A DNA stretch of 47,421 bases, taken from assembly GCF_049586495.1 (NCBI RefSeq), contig NZ_JBAVCB010000126.1:1-47421 (forward strand). The letters are read 5' to 3'. This stretch comes from Aeromicrobium sp. (GTDB lineage: Bacteria; Actinomycetota; Actinomycetes; Propionibacteriales; Nocardioidaceae). Below are positions 11,915 to 20,726 of this stretch, piece after piece (the stretch's first letter is position 1; every line of letters starts with the position of its first letter). The translations under genes and the position numbers were made by a program. The notes below the pieces were generated by a model, which had not been told where the DNA came from, searched no databases, and was given only the letters and a program-made list of their open reading frames with translations.

Positions 11915-12739
11915 TCAGTTGGTGCTGAAGATGACGGTGTCGTCGCGTCGGGTGGGGGAGGGCTGCCACCCGTCATCAGAATCGCCGGCAGTCCACGTCC
12001 GATCGTCGAACGTGACACGACTGATGCCCAGATCGGCGGCATGTCCGACCAGGTAGTGCGCGACGCCCCAGCCGCGGGCTTCGATGTCGGCTGATGGGCC
12101 GGTGAGGCGATAACTGGCGTCGTCGCCAAGCACCTGCACGTCGATGTCTCCGAACGCCGCGAGCACGTCGTCGGCTGCGCGCTGGATGCTGCGCACGTTG
12201 CCGGGGTTGATCTGGCAGGTGAACGCAGCAGGGCTGTAGCCGCGCAGCGCCGACGCGAGAGCTCGGGCGCCCTCTTCGTGCTGGGCGTAGGCACGGGGAA
12301 AGGCCGACCGCTGCACCCGCTGAGCCGCGTCGGTGATCTGGAGCGTCTCGTAGTCCTTGACCTTCACCAGCCCGTCGTAGAACGCCCCGATCGAGTGGTA
12401 GGGATCCAGCACCTGCTCGGCGGTGCCCCACCCCTGCGAGGGTCGTTGTTGAAACAGCCCAAGCGAGTCCCGGTCGCCGAAATCGATGTTCCGCAGCTTC
12501 GACTCCTGGAAGGCGGTGGCGATCGCGATCGTGGTGGCGCGGGGTGGCAGTCCGCGCCGCTGGGCGATCGCAGCCATCAGCGTGGCCCACTGGGCCTGCT
12601 CGAGATCAACCTGAGCCCGCACCGCGCCGACCTGTGCCTGGCAGAATTCGCTACGCATGGGGGTACGGTCCCGCACGGCGACGCTCACCAGAATTCCGGC
12701 AGCGACCAGCCCAAGGATCACGAACCATCGCAGCCGCAT
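11915..12739 (-). CDS. Secreted/membrane-anchored protein with lysozyme-like (transglycosylase-like) domain
   Basis: N-terminal hydrophobic segment, then IATAFQESKLRN..GDRDSLGLFQQRPSQGWG..AAQRVQRSAFP. Confidence 0.65.
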   Translation of the reverse strand: MRLRWFVILGLVAAGILVSVAVRDRTPMRSEFCQAQVGAVRAQVDLEQAQWATLMAAIAQRRGLPPRATTIAIATAFQESKLRNIDFGDRDSLGLFQQRPSQGWGTAEQVLDPYHSIGAFYDGLVKVKDYETLQITDAAQRVQRSAFPRAYAQHEEGARALASALRGYSPAAFTCQINPGNVRSIQRAADDVLAAFGDIDVQVLGDDASYRLTGPSADIEARGWGVAHYLVGHAADLGISRVTFDDRTWTAGDSDDGWQPSPTRRDDTVIFSTN

Positions 12740-12743
12740 CGGA

Positions 12744-13685
12744 TCAGTTGGCGTGCAGGGCTGAGTTGAGGTCGATGCCGGAGCGCTCTCCGCGCGGGCG
12801 CGCCTCGAGGGCGCCGGTCTGGCTGTTGGTGAGGAACAACAGGCCATCCTGACCGGACAGCTCCTGCGCCTTGACGATCTGACCGTCCGGGAGCGTCACC
12901 TTGCTGCCAGCCGTGACATAGGTGCCTGCCGCCACGACGCAGTCATCACCCAACGAGATGCCGATGCCGGCGTTGGCGCCGATCAAGCTGCGTTCGCCCA
13001 CGCTGATGATCTGGGTTCCACCGCCCGACAACGTGCCCATGATCGAGGCGCCGCCGCCCACGTCGGAGCCGTCGCCCACCACGACGCCGGCCGAGATGCG
13101 GCCCTCGACCATCGCGTGGCCGAGCGTGCCGGCGTTGAAGTTCACGAAACCCTCGTGCATGACCGTGGTGCCCTCGGCCAGGTGGGCACCAAGCCGGACG
13201 CGGTCGGCGTCGCCGATGCGGACGCCTGACGGGATGACGTAGTCGGTCATGCGTGGAAACTTGTCGATGCTGGTGACCGCGACGTGCAGACCGACAGCCT
13301 GCGCGCGGGCGCGGGTGGCCTCGAATCCCGCGACGGCACACGGGCCGATCGAGGTCCAGACCACGTTGGTGAGCAGCCCGAACTGACCGTCGAGATTGAT
13401 GTCGTGGGGGCGGACCAAGCGGTGCGACAGCAGGTGCAGGCGTAGCCAGACGTCGTACACGTCGACCGGCGCATGGGCAAGGTCGTCGATGACGGTCAGC
13501 ACCATGATCCGCTGCACGTCACGCACATCATCGGTGCCGGTCAGTGCCGCGAGCTCGGGGGGCTCGACCGATCCGTCCAGCGGAGCACCCAGACGTGGTG
13601 CTGGAAACCAGACGTCCAGCACGGTGCCGTCGGGCGTCAAGGTCGCGATGCCGTGGCCGAACGCTCCGGGGAGTTCTTCAGTCAT
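12744..13685 (-). CDS. dapD: Tetrahydrodipicolinate N-succinyltransferase
   Basis: [47 protein letters not shown] and hexapeptide repeats. Confidence 0.95.
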   Translation of the reverse strand: MTEELPGAFGHGIATLTPDGTVLDVWFPAPRLGAPLDGSVEPPELAALTGTDDVRDVQRIMVLTVIDDLAHAPVDVYDVWLRLHLLSHRLVRPHDINLDGQFGLLTNVVWTSIGPCAVAGFEATRARAQAVGLHVAVTSIDKFPRMTDYVIPSGVRIGDADRVRLGAHLAEGTTVMHEGFVNFNAGTLGHAMVEGRISAGVVVGDGSDVGGGASIMGTLSGGGTQIISVGERSLIGANAGIGISLGDDCVVAAGTYVTAGSKVTLPDGQIVKAQELSGQDGLLFLTNSQTGALEARPRGERSGIDLNSALHAN

Positions 13686-13691
13686 GTGCCC

Positions 13692-13697
13692 AACCTA
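13692..13697 (-). promoter_or_regulatory. -10 element (TAGGTT) of probably leaderless dapD transcript
   Basis: TANNNT on the minus strand, 6 nt upstream of ATG 13685. Confidence 0.55.
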
Positions 13698-13707
13698 TCG
13701 ACCGGGC

Positions 13708-14841
13708 CTACGACTTGGGCAGACCGTCCTTGGTGCACAGGTCGTCGAGCTGGGCGGTTCGGTCGGTCTTGATCAGCTCGAAGAACTGCAGGGCGCGCTC
13801 GCGGTCCCAGCGAACGCTGAAGTCGGCGAGTGGCACGGTGCAGTTCAGCCCCTTGCCACCCATCACGGAGGACAGCGACAGCGCGAATCGGGCCAGCGAG
13901 ATCGGGCCCACGTCCTCCCCGATCGTCAACGACTCAGAACCGCCCTTGCCGACGGAGAAGTAGCGGGCGGGGTTGATCACGGTCCACGGCGACCGCAGTG
14001 CCGCGCCGGTGGCGCCGATGACCTCACGCTGGTTCTGCACGCGCTCGATGTCCTGGGTGGTGAAGGAGTGCCGGTTGCGCGAGTAGGCCAGGGCCGTCTT
14101 GCCGTCTGCCTCTTGGCACCCCTTCTTGACGTCGAGCCCAGAATCCTTGTCCTTGACGTCTTCCTTCGGGCAGATCTCGATGCCGCCAACCGAGTCGACC
14201 AGGTTGACCAGGCCGCCAAATCCGATCTCGACGTAGTCGTCGATGCGTACGCCGGTGGTCTGTTCGAGGGTCTCGACGAGCAGCTTCGGGCCGCCGACGG
14301 CGTAGGCCGCGTTGATCTTGGTGGTTCCGACGTCCCGGATCGGGACGATCGAGTCTCGCGGAACCGACACGAGTGTCGAGGGCCCTGCCCCGATGTGCAG
14401 GAGAAGGATGGTGTCGGTCCGCGCACCCTCAGGATTGCCGGTCGACAGGTCGGCGCGCTGCTCGGCCGTCAGCCCCTTGCGGCTGTCAGACCCGACCAGC
14501 AGGTAGGTGATCCCGGGTTGGTCGCCGGGCCGTTCCCCGGCGGGCTCCGCGTCCACCCGGTCGATCCTGCTCCAGGCCCAGACGGGCACCGCGGCGAGAA
14601 AGACGATCCAGACCAGCAGCACCAGCTTGATCGTCCGCCATGACGACCTGCGGGATCCCGATCGACGCGGGGGGCGGTCACCGCCGCTGGGACGACGCCG
14701 CCCCGGAGGTGGGAGATTGGGCGGCGGCAGATCGGATCCGCCGCCGTGCGGCGCCGACGCCTGCTGTGCCGTGGGGGCGTCCGGCTGCTGAGGTTTCCCG
14801 TACAACCAGTCGTACTGATCGTTCGAGCGGGGGTCCGACAT
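13708..14841 (-). CDS. LCP (LytR-CpsA-Psr) family protein 1, single TM
   Basis: LLVGSDSR, RTDTI, SVPRDS, KINAAY, ALAYSRNR, DIERVQNQR. Start ATG 14841 has TACCTT 7 nt upstream. Confidence 0.92.
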   Translation of the reverse strand: MSDPRSNDQYDWLYGKPQQPDAPTAQQASAPHGGGSDLPPPNLPPPGRRRPSGGDRPPRRSGSRRSSWRTIKLVLLVWIVFLAAVPVWAWSRIDRVDAEPAGERPGDQPGITYLLVGSDSRKGLTAEQRADLSTGNPEGARTDTILLLHIGAGPSTLVSVPRDSIVPIRDVGTTKINAAYAVGGPKLLVETLEQTTGVRIDDYVEIGFGGLVNLVDSVGGIEICPKEDVKDKDSGLDVKKGCQEADGKTALAYSRNRHSFTTQDIERVQNQREVIGATGAALRSPWTVINPARYFSVGKGGSESLTIGEDVGPISLARFALSLSSVMGGKGLNCTVPLADFSVRWDRERALQFFELIKTDRTAQLDDLCTKDGLPKS

Positions 14842-14978
14842 GGGATTGAAGGTACCGGAGGCACCCGCGAAACACTCTCCACTCGTCGGCGCGCCCTGAA
14901 CCTCAACTCGAGAGTTTGCGTGAATACTGAGAATCGCCACAGCGGCATCCCCACTCTCTTCCCCACTGTGAGGGCACC

Positions 14979-16427
14979 ATGACCGACGTTCGAGCGAGTG
15001 TGCTGGGCGGTTCCTACGAACGGCCTGCAGACGCCTCGGCCCGCATCCAGTTCCGTCGCGGCCTCACCCTGACCGTGATGACGGTCCTCATGCCCGGATC
15101 TGCCCAGCTCGTGACGGGCAATCGCACCGTGGGCCGGATCGCCGTACGCATCTGGCTCGGGGTCCTTGCCCTCGGAGGTCTGCTGCTGCTGATCTCGATG
15201 ACGTCGCGTCGGGGCATGTTCGCGCTGGCCACCAACACCACTCTGCTGCACCTCGGTGCCTGGCTGCTGATCGCTGGAGCTGCGGCCTGGGTCGCGCTGC
15301 TGGTCGACGCCTGGCGGCTCGCGCAGCCGCGGCGCATGGAGCGCAACCATCGGCTCTGGATGACTGGGCTGAACTCCGCGCTGTGCTTCGCCATGGCCGG
15401 CAGCATGTTGTTCGCGGCTCATCTGATCAACACCAGCAGCTCGGTCATCGGCACCGTGTTTGCCTCGGACAGCGTCTCGGGTCCGTCCGATGGCAGGTAC
15501 AACGTGTTGTTGCTCGGCGGCGACTCAGGAGTTGGGCGCAATGGCGTGCGACCCGACTCCCTGACGGTCGCGAGCATCGACCACGACACTGGCCGCACCG
15601 TGCTGATCGGCCTGCCGCGCAATCTGGAGGATGTCCCCTTCCCGCGGGGTTCGGTCATGGACACCGAATTTCCCGATGGCTTCGCCTGTGCCGATGCCTG
15701 CTATCTGAACGCCATCAACACCTGGGCCAACGACCACGCCGACAAGTTTCCCGCCGACTACGGAGATCAGCCCGGCATCCGCGTCACGATGGAGGCGATC
15801 GAGCAGATCACCGGGCTAAAGATCAACTACTACGCCCTGGTCAACATGCACGGCTTCAGCAAGCTCATCAACGCCGTCGGCGGAGTCACGATGAATGTGC
15901 GACAGCGGACCGCCATCGGTGGGATCGGCTCACCGATCCGCGGCTACATCGAGCCGGGTGAGCAGCAGCTGACGGGCAGCCAGGCGCTGTGGTACGCCCG
16001 GTCCCGCGTCGAGAACAACGACTTCTCCCGCATGGGCCGTCAGAAGTGCGTCATGACCGCGATGCTGCAGCAGCTCAATCCCAAGTCGGTGCTGTTGAAC
16101 GCGGAGAAGATCGCCGACTCCAGCAAGGCGTTGCTGACCACAGACATCCCGCAACAGGATCTCGGGATCTTCATGGACCTGGCACTCAAGGCGAAGAACG
16201 AGAAGATCTCATCGGTGTCATTGGTGCCGCCGGTGATCTACACCGGCAACCCGGACTACAAGAAGGTCCGCCGTCTGGTGTCCAAGGCGATCGACAAGGC
16301 CGAAGGAAAGTCGCCCACCAAGCCGAAGAGCGGCCTGCTGGCGGCCACCTTGTCGGTCCCCAAGATCGATGCCGACAAGGACCCCATGAAAGCGAACCAG
16401 AGTGCAGACCTCTCCGCCGCCTGCTGA
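14979..16427 (+). CDS. LCP family protein 2, multi-TM N-terminus
   Basis: YNVLLLGGDSG, RPDSLTVASID, LPRNL, ALWYARSR, DFSRMGRQKC. Confidence 0.92.
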   Translation: MTDVRASVLGGSYERPADASARIQFRRGLTLTVMTVLMPGSAQLVTGNRTVGRIAVRIWLGVLALGGLLLLISMTSRRGMFALATNTTLLHLGAWLLIAGAAAWVALLVDAWRLAQPRRMERNHRLWMTGLNSALCFAMAGSMLFAAHLINTSSSVIGTVFASDSVSGPSDGRYNVLLLGGDSGVGRNGVRPDSLTVASIDHDTGRTVLIGLPRNLEDVPFPRGSVMDTEFPDGFACADACYLNAINTWANDHADKFPADYGDQPGIRVTMEAIEQITGLKINYYALVNMHGFSKLINAVGGVTMNVRQRTAIGGIGSPIRGYIEPGEQQLTGSQALWYARSRVENNDFSRMGRQKCVMTAMLQQLNPKSVLLNAEKIADSSKALLTTDIPQQDLGIFMDLALKAKNEKISSVSLVPPVIYTGNPDYKKVRRLVSKAIDKAEGKSPTKPKSGLLAATLSVPKIDADKDPMKANQSADLSAAC

Positions 16428-16517
16428 CGTTCCAAACCGTTCACGATGGTTCAAGTAGGTCGGGGACGAATTGTCAGTGATAATGGTCTGTCCCTGATCA
16501 CCTGAACCCAGGACGTC

Positions 16518-17960
16518 ATGTCTCACCGCGCCAGTGTGTTGGCACGCGGCTACGAGGACCGCCACCTCGATTCGCCACGCGTGCGTTTCCGGCGCGCCCT
16601 CGTGCTGGGTCTCGCGACCCTGGTCCTCCCCGGATCGGCGCAGGTGGCCGTCGGCAAGAAGTCGGTGGGCTACGTCGCGCTGCTGGTCTGGTTGAGCGTT
16701 CTCAGCGGCATCGGCTACCTCGCGTACCGGTCCCGCGATGACAGGGCGGGGGTCATCGATGTGTTGACCAACCCCGACACCTTGTTGTTCCTGCGGGTGG
16801 GTCTGATCGTGCTCGCCGTCGGATGGATGGCGTTGTTCGTCGACGCCTGGCGCATCGCCCGACCGCGCGGGCTGACCTGGCCGCGCGCCGCGCTGGTCGC
16901 GGTGGTGAACGTCGCGATCCTCGGAAGCGTCGCGGGGTCGGCCGCCTATGCCTCGCAGCTGCTGGACGTGTCGCGCACCAGCATCCAACAAGTGTTCTCG
17001 GAGAACTTTCCCACCTCGGTGCCGCTGGAGGGCCGCTACAACATCTTGCTGGTCGGGTCGGACTCCGGGGCCGAGCGCACCGGAATCCGCCCGGACTCGC
17101 TGACTGTCGCCAGCATTGACACCACCACGGGTCGCACCGTGCTGATCTCGATGCCACGCAATCTGCAGAACGTGCCGTTCCGGGAGGACTCGCCGATGCG
17201 CACGGTGTACCCCTATGGCTACAACTGCGGCCCCGAGTGCCTGCTGAACGCGGTGCACACGGCTGCGCAGGACCGCGCGGATCTCTACCCGGACAGCGAG
17301 GACCCCGGCCTCGACGCCACGATCGATGCGGTCGAGGGCGTCACCGACCTCACGATCAACTACTACATGATGGTCAACCTCAAAGGCTTCCGCACCCTGA
17401 TCAACGAGCTCGGGGGCGTGGAGATTGACGTCAAGACCCGGATCGCGATGTTCGGCAAGGACGATGCCTACAAGCAGACCTACATCGAACCCGGCCTGCA
17501 GAAGCTGGATGGCCAGCGAGCGCTGTGGTACGCGCGCAGCAGGGTCCAGTCCGACGACTACACCCGCATGGGGCGACAGAAGTGCCTGATGGCGGCGATG
17601 CTCGAACAGCTCGACCCCACGTCGGCCGTGACCAACGCGATCGGCATCGCCAGGTCGGGCAGCGAGCTGTTCAGCGGCAACATGCCGCGTGCCGAGCTGG
17701 GCAAGTTCGCGGACCTGGCGTTGCGCTCGCGCAACGAGAAGATCATCACGGTGTCCATCGTGCCCCCTGAGGTCGACGTGACCAATCCGGACTTTCCCGC
17801 CATCCATGACGCGATCCAGAAGGCCATCACGCGGTCCGAGAAGGCAACGAGCGCCACGTCGACTCCGACTCCGACACCAACCGCGACGACGACGCCGGGC
17901 TTCGACGAGATCACCCAACGGTCAGCCAACAACGCCGACGATCTCCGCTCGGCCTGCTAG
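16518..17960 (+). CDS. LCP family protein 3, paralogue of LCP 2
   Basis: YNILLVGSDSG, RPDSLTVASID, MPRNL, ALWYARSR, DYTRMGRQKC. Thr/Pro-rich linker near the C-terminus. Confidence 0.92.
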   Translation: MSHRASVLARGYEDRHLDSPRVRFRRALVLGLATLVLPGSAQVAVGKKSVGYVALLVWLSVLSGIGYLAYRSRDDRAGVIDVLTNPDTLLFLRVGLIVLAVGWMALFVDAWRIARPRGLTWPRAALVAVVNVAILGSVAGSAAYASQLLDVSRTSIQQVFSENFPTSVPLEGRYNILLVGSDSGAERTGIRPDSLTVASIDTTTGRTVLISMPRNLQNVPFREDSPMRTVYPYGYNCGPECLLNAVHTAAQDRADLYPDSEDPGLDATIDAVEGVTDLTINYYMMVNLKGFRTLINELGGVEIDVKTRIAMFGKDDAYKQTYIEPGLQKLDGQRALWYARSRVQSDDYTRMGRQKCLMAAMLEQLDPTSAVTNAIGIARSGSELFSGNMPRAELGKFADLALRSRNEKIITVSIVPPEVDVTNPDFPAIHDAIQKAITRSEKATSATSTPTPTPTATTTPGFDEITQRSANNADDLRSAC

Positions 17961-17977
17961 CAGCAGGCAGGCAGAAC

Positions 17978-18742
17978 CTACTTCTTGGTCTTCTGAGCTT
18001 CCTCGTAGGCCGCGACGACCGTGTCAGCGGGCCCATCCATCATCACGTTGCCTTGGTCGATCCAGATGGCACGTGAGCAGGTGTCGAGGATCGAGCGCAT
18101 CGAGTGACTGACCAAGAAGACGGTGCCCGCGTTGTCGCGGATCTCACGGATGCGGGCTTCGCTGCGATCGCGGAAGTTGCGGTCGCCGACCGCCAGCGCC
18201 TCGTCGACGATGAGAATCTCGTGAGTGCGGGCCGTGGCGATCGCAAACTTCAGACGAGCCGTCATGCCCGAGGAGTAAGTGCGCATCGGGAGCTCGATGA
18301 AGTCGCGAATTCCGGAGAAGTCGACGATCTCGTCGTAGCGATCGTCAACCTCGTCGCGGCTCAGCCCGAGGGCCAGACCGCCGAGGATCACGTTGCGCTC
18401 TCCAGAGAGATCTTTGATGAGCGCTGCGCCGACGCCGAGCATGCTGGGTCGAGCGGTGGCATAGATCGAACCCTGAGACGTGGGCGTGAGGCCCACGATG
18501 GCACGCATCAGAGTGGACTTGCCCGAACCGTTCGTGCCGATGACGCCGATGCTGTCGTTTTCGTAAGCCGTGAACGACACGCCCTTGAGTGCGTGCACGG
18601 AGCGTGTCTTGCGGGTGCGCTGCAGCAGGCGACGTCCCGCGTCGGCCCCGGTGGCGCGCTTCCCGGTGGCGAGCACCCTGTACTCGACGTGGACGTCATC
18701 AACGATGACGACGGGCTTGCGGGCGTCAGTCAGTTCGGCCAT
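17978..18742 (-). CDS. Glycopolymer export ABC ATPase (TagH/Wzt type, no C-terminal carbohydrate-binding domain)
   Basis: Walker A GTNGSGKS, family signature YSSGM, Walker B ILIVDEALAVGD, H-loop VSH. Confidence 0.9.
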   Translation of the reverse strand: MAELTDARKPVVIVDDVHVEYRVLATGKRATGADAGRRLLQRTRKTRSVHALKGVSFTAYENDSIGVIGTNGSGKSTLMRAIVGLTPTSQGSIYATARPSMLGVGAALIKDLSGERNVILGGLALGLSRDEVDDRYDEIVDFSGIRDFIELPMRTYSSGMTARLKFAIATARTHEILIVDEALAVGDRNFRDRSEARIREIRDNAGTVFLVSHSMRSILDTCSRAIWIDQGNVMMDGPADTVVAAYEEAQKTKK

Positions 18743-19583
18743 ACCGCTCCTCGGCAGCCCAGAAGTACAGGACGCCCACGATCAGCATCGCGAAGGACCA
18801 GATCGTGGCATACACCCAGTACTCGCCAGGGATGGTGTAGTCGGGGCCATCGAGCAAGATGGCGCGACCGAGAGTCAGGAATTCGTGGATCGGCTGCACG
18901 TCGGCGATCTTGCGCACGATCGAATCGGCGCCGAACCGCTGCTGCACGCTGAAGAAGATGCCCGAGGTGTAGAAGAAGAATCGCGCCACGAAGGGCAACA
19001 GCTGGGTCAGGTCGCGGAAATGGACGGTGAGGCGGGCCGTGATCATCGTGAGTCCGGTGTTGAACACCGTGAACAGCAGCGTGAGGGGGATCAACAGGAG
19101 CCATTGGACCGACGGGTAGTGGCCGTAGGCCATCACCGTGATCAGCATGATCAACAGCATCGGAATGAACTGGATCAGGCGCTGGCCCACCAGTGCCAAG
19201 GGCAGCGACATCCGCGGGAAGCTGAGGCTCTGCACCAGTGCTGCATTGGACGTGATCGACTTCGCCCCCGTGGTGAAGCACGAGGAGAAGTACTCGAACA
19301 TCATCACGCCGATGACCAGGAACGGGATGAAGTCATCGATGCCCCGGCGAGTCTGCAGCAGAAATCCGAACACCAGTCCGTACACGCCGGCGTTCATCAA
19401 CGGTTTGAGGACGACCCATCCCATGCCGAGCCGATTGCGCCCATTCTCGGCCTCGAGGCGGAACTTGGCCAGCGCGACGATGAACTCTCGTCGTTGCCAG
19501 ACCTGGGCCAGATAGGCCATCAGCGGCGGTCGGCCGCCCACGCGGTGAAGGCCCGCGCGCGCCGCATCGTCGGCGATGGTCAT
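18726..19583 (-). CDS. Glycopolymer export ABC permease (TagG/Wzm type)
   Basis: LGMGWVVLKPL, SLSFPR, FRDLTQLLPF, FYTSGIFF and C-terminal EERYGR. Overlaps the ATPase start. Confidence 0.9.
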   Translation of the reverse strand: MTIADDAARAGLHRVGGRPPLMAYLAQVWQRREFIVALAKFRLEAENGRNRLGMGWVVLKPLMNAGVYGLVFGFLLQTRRGIDDFIPFLVIGVMMFEYFSSCFTTGAKSITSNAALVQSLSFPRMSLPLALVGQRLIQFIPMLLIMLITVMAYGHYPSVQWLLLIPLTLLFTVFNTGLTMITARLTVHFRDLTQLLPFVARFFFYTSGIFFSVQQRFGADSIVRKIADVQPIHEFLTLGRAILLDGPDYTIPGEYWVYATIWSFAMLIVGVLYFWAAEERYGRTD

Positions 19584-19667
19584 TCGTGTCCCTACTGTTC
19601 GCCTGACATGTCACCCTGGCCTGGCTCGGGGTCGTCGTCCGAGGGCAGCACGAGTGTAGTCGATCGA

Positions 19668-20333
19668 TCAGGCCGTGACCGCGCCCTCCTGCGCTGCGAT
19701 GCGGGAGAGCTCGTCGACGCCAGCCGAGGCGACCACCACGATCGAACCTCCCCCCGCCATGGCGGACACGATCAGCCGCGCGTCGCGGGTCGTGGAGCCG
19801 GGCTCGACCAGCAGGCGACTCGGCTCGGGAGGGGACTCCCGGGCGAGGTCGGCGTGGGTCCACCGTGTGCCGGCGAGATCCAGTGCCAAGCCATCGGCGG
19901 TGGGCGGGTCGAAGGGCTCGAAGTGGTCGCCGTGCCCCGGCACCTCGAGTGCGAGATCGAGGAACCCGGTCGGCGGCGTCGCGAACGGCCCGCCCAACGG
20001 GCGGAGGGAGGCGGCCAGCTTCACCGGTTCGTGAGCCAGCAGATCGGGGCCGCTCACCCCGATCTCGGCGTCGTGGTCGGTCACGACGGCTCCGACGTTC
20101 CATGCCGCCAACAACCACACGAACGACAACCAGTGGGTCGGCAGCCCGATGCGGATGCGGGTGCCCGGTCCGGCGTCGAGATCATCGACCAGCAGGTTCG
20201 AGGTCTTGGCCACCCAGTTGGCTGTCGTGGTCCCGCTCAGCTCGATCCGCTCACCGGTGTGCTGGTCGTAGTAGGTGAGGAGGGGGGCAGCGGGATTCGA
20301 GATCGCTGGCAACAGGCGGTCGAGGGGGGTCAT
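19668..20333 (-). CDS. TIGR03089 family protein (Rv3268-like, truncated adenylation-like fold)
   Basis: PLLTYYD..GERIELSGTTTANWVAKTSNLL..LPTHW. Start ATG 20333 has TAGGGT 7 nt upstream. Confidence 0.88.
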   Translation of the reverse strand: MTPLDRLLPAISNPAAPLLTYYDQHTGERIELSGTTTANWVAKTSNLLVDDLDAGPGTRIRIGLPTHWLSFVWLLAAWNVGAVVTDHDAEIGVSGPDLLAHEPVKLAASLRPLGGPFATPPTGFLDLALEVPGHGDHFEPFDPPTADGLALDLAGTRWTHADLARESPPEPSRLLVEPGSTTRDARLIVSAMAGGGSIVVVASAGVDELSRIAAQEGAVTA

Positions 20334-20391
20334 GCGGCCCACCCTAGGGTGAGCCGACACGCCGTCGCTTTGACCAATCCGGCCATTTCGC

Positions 20392-20420
20392 TTGACTTGT
20401 GCGTCCGACAGGCGTGTAAT
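20392..20420 (+). promoter_or_regulatory. Housekeeping-sigma promoter of whiB (TTGACT-N17-TGTAAT)
   Basis: -35 at 20392-20397, 17-nt spacer, -10 at 20415-20420, ATG 7 nt downstream. Confidence 0.65.
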
Positions 20421-20427
20421 TCCAAAC

Positions 20428-20682
20428 ATGTCATTCGATTTGGGTCTGCCGCTGGAGTCCGACGAGGAACTCATGTGGCAAGAGCGTGCGTTGTGTGCAC
20501 AAACGGACCCCGAGGCGTTCTTTCCTGAAAAGGGCGGATCAACGCGCGAGGCCAAGCGGGTCTGCACGACCTGCGACGTCCGCGGAGAGTGTCTCGAGTA
20601 TGCGCTGGCTCACGATGAGCGGTTCGGCATCTGGGGCGGCCTGTCCGAGCGTGAGCGTCGCAAGCTGAAGAAGCGCGCCTGA
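20428..20682 (+). CDS. whiB: WhiB family Fe-S transcription regulator (WhiB/WhiB2 orthologue)
   Basis: WQERALCAQTDPEAFFPEKGGSTREAKRVC..C..C..ERFGIWGGLSERERR. Confidence 0.95.
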   Translation: MSFDLGLPLESDEELMWQERALCAQTDPEAFFPEKGGSTREAKRVCTTCDVRGECLEYALAHDERFGIWGGLSERERRKLKKRA

Positions 20683-20726
20683 CGGCATCTGTGTGGCCTC
20701 GGTCAATTGACTTGTAGGCTCCACAG

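Noticed and set aside
19604..19613. Palindrome TGACATGTCA upstream of the permease, with a near copy at 10359-10368
   Set aside because: The short core also occurs inside coding sequence (about 9708) and could be chance. No linked regulator.
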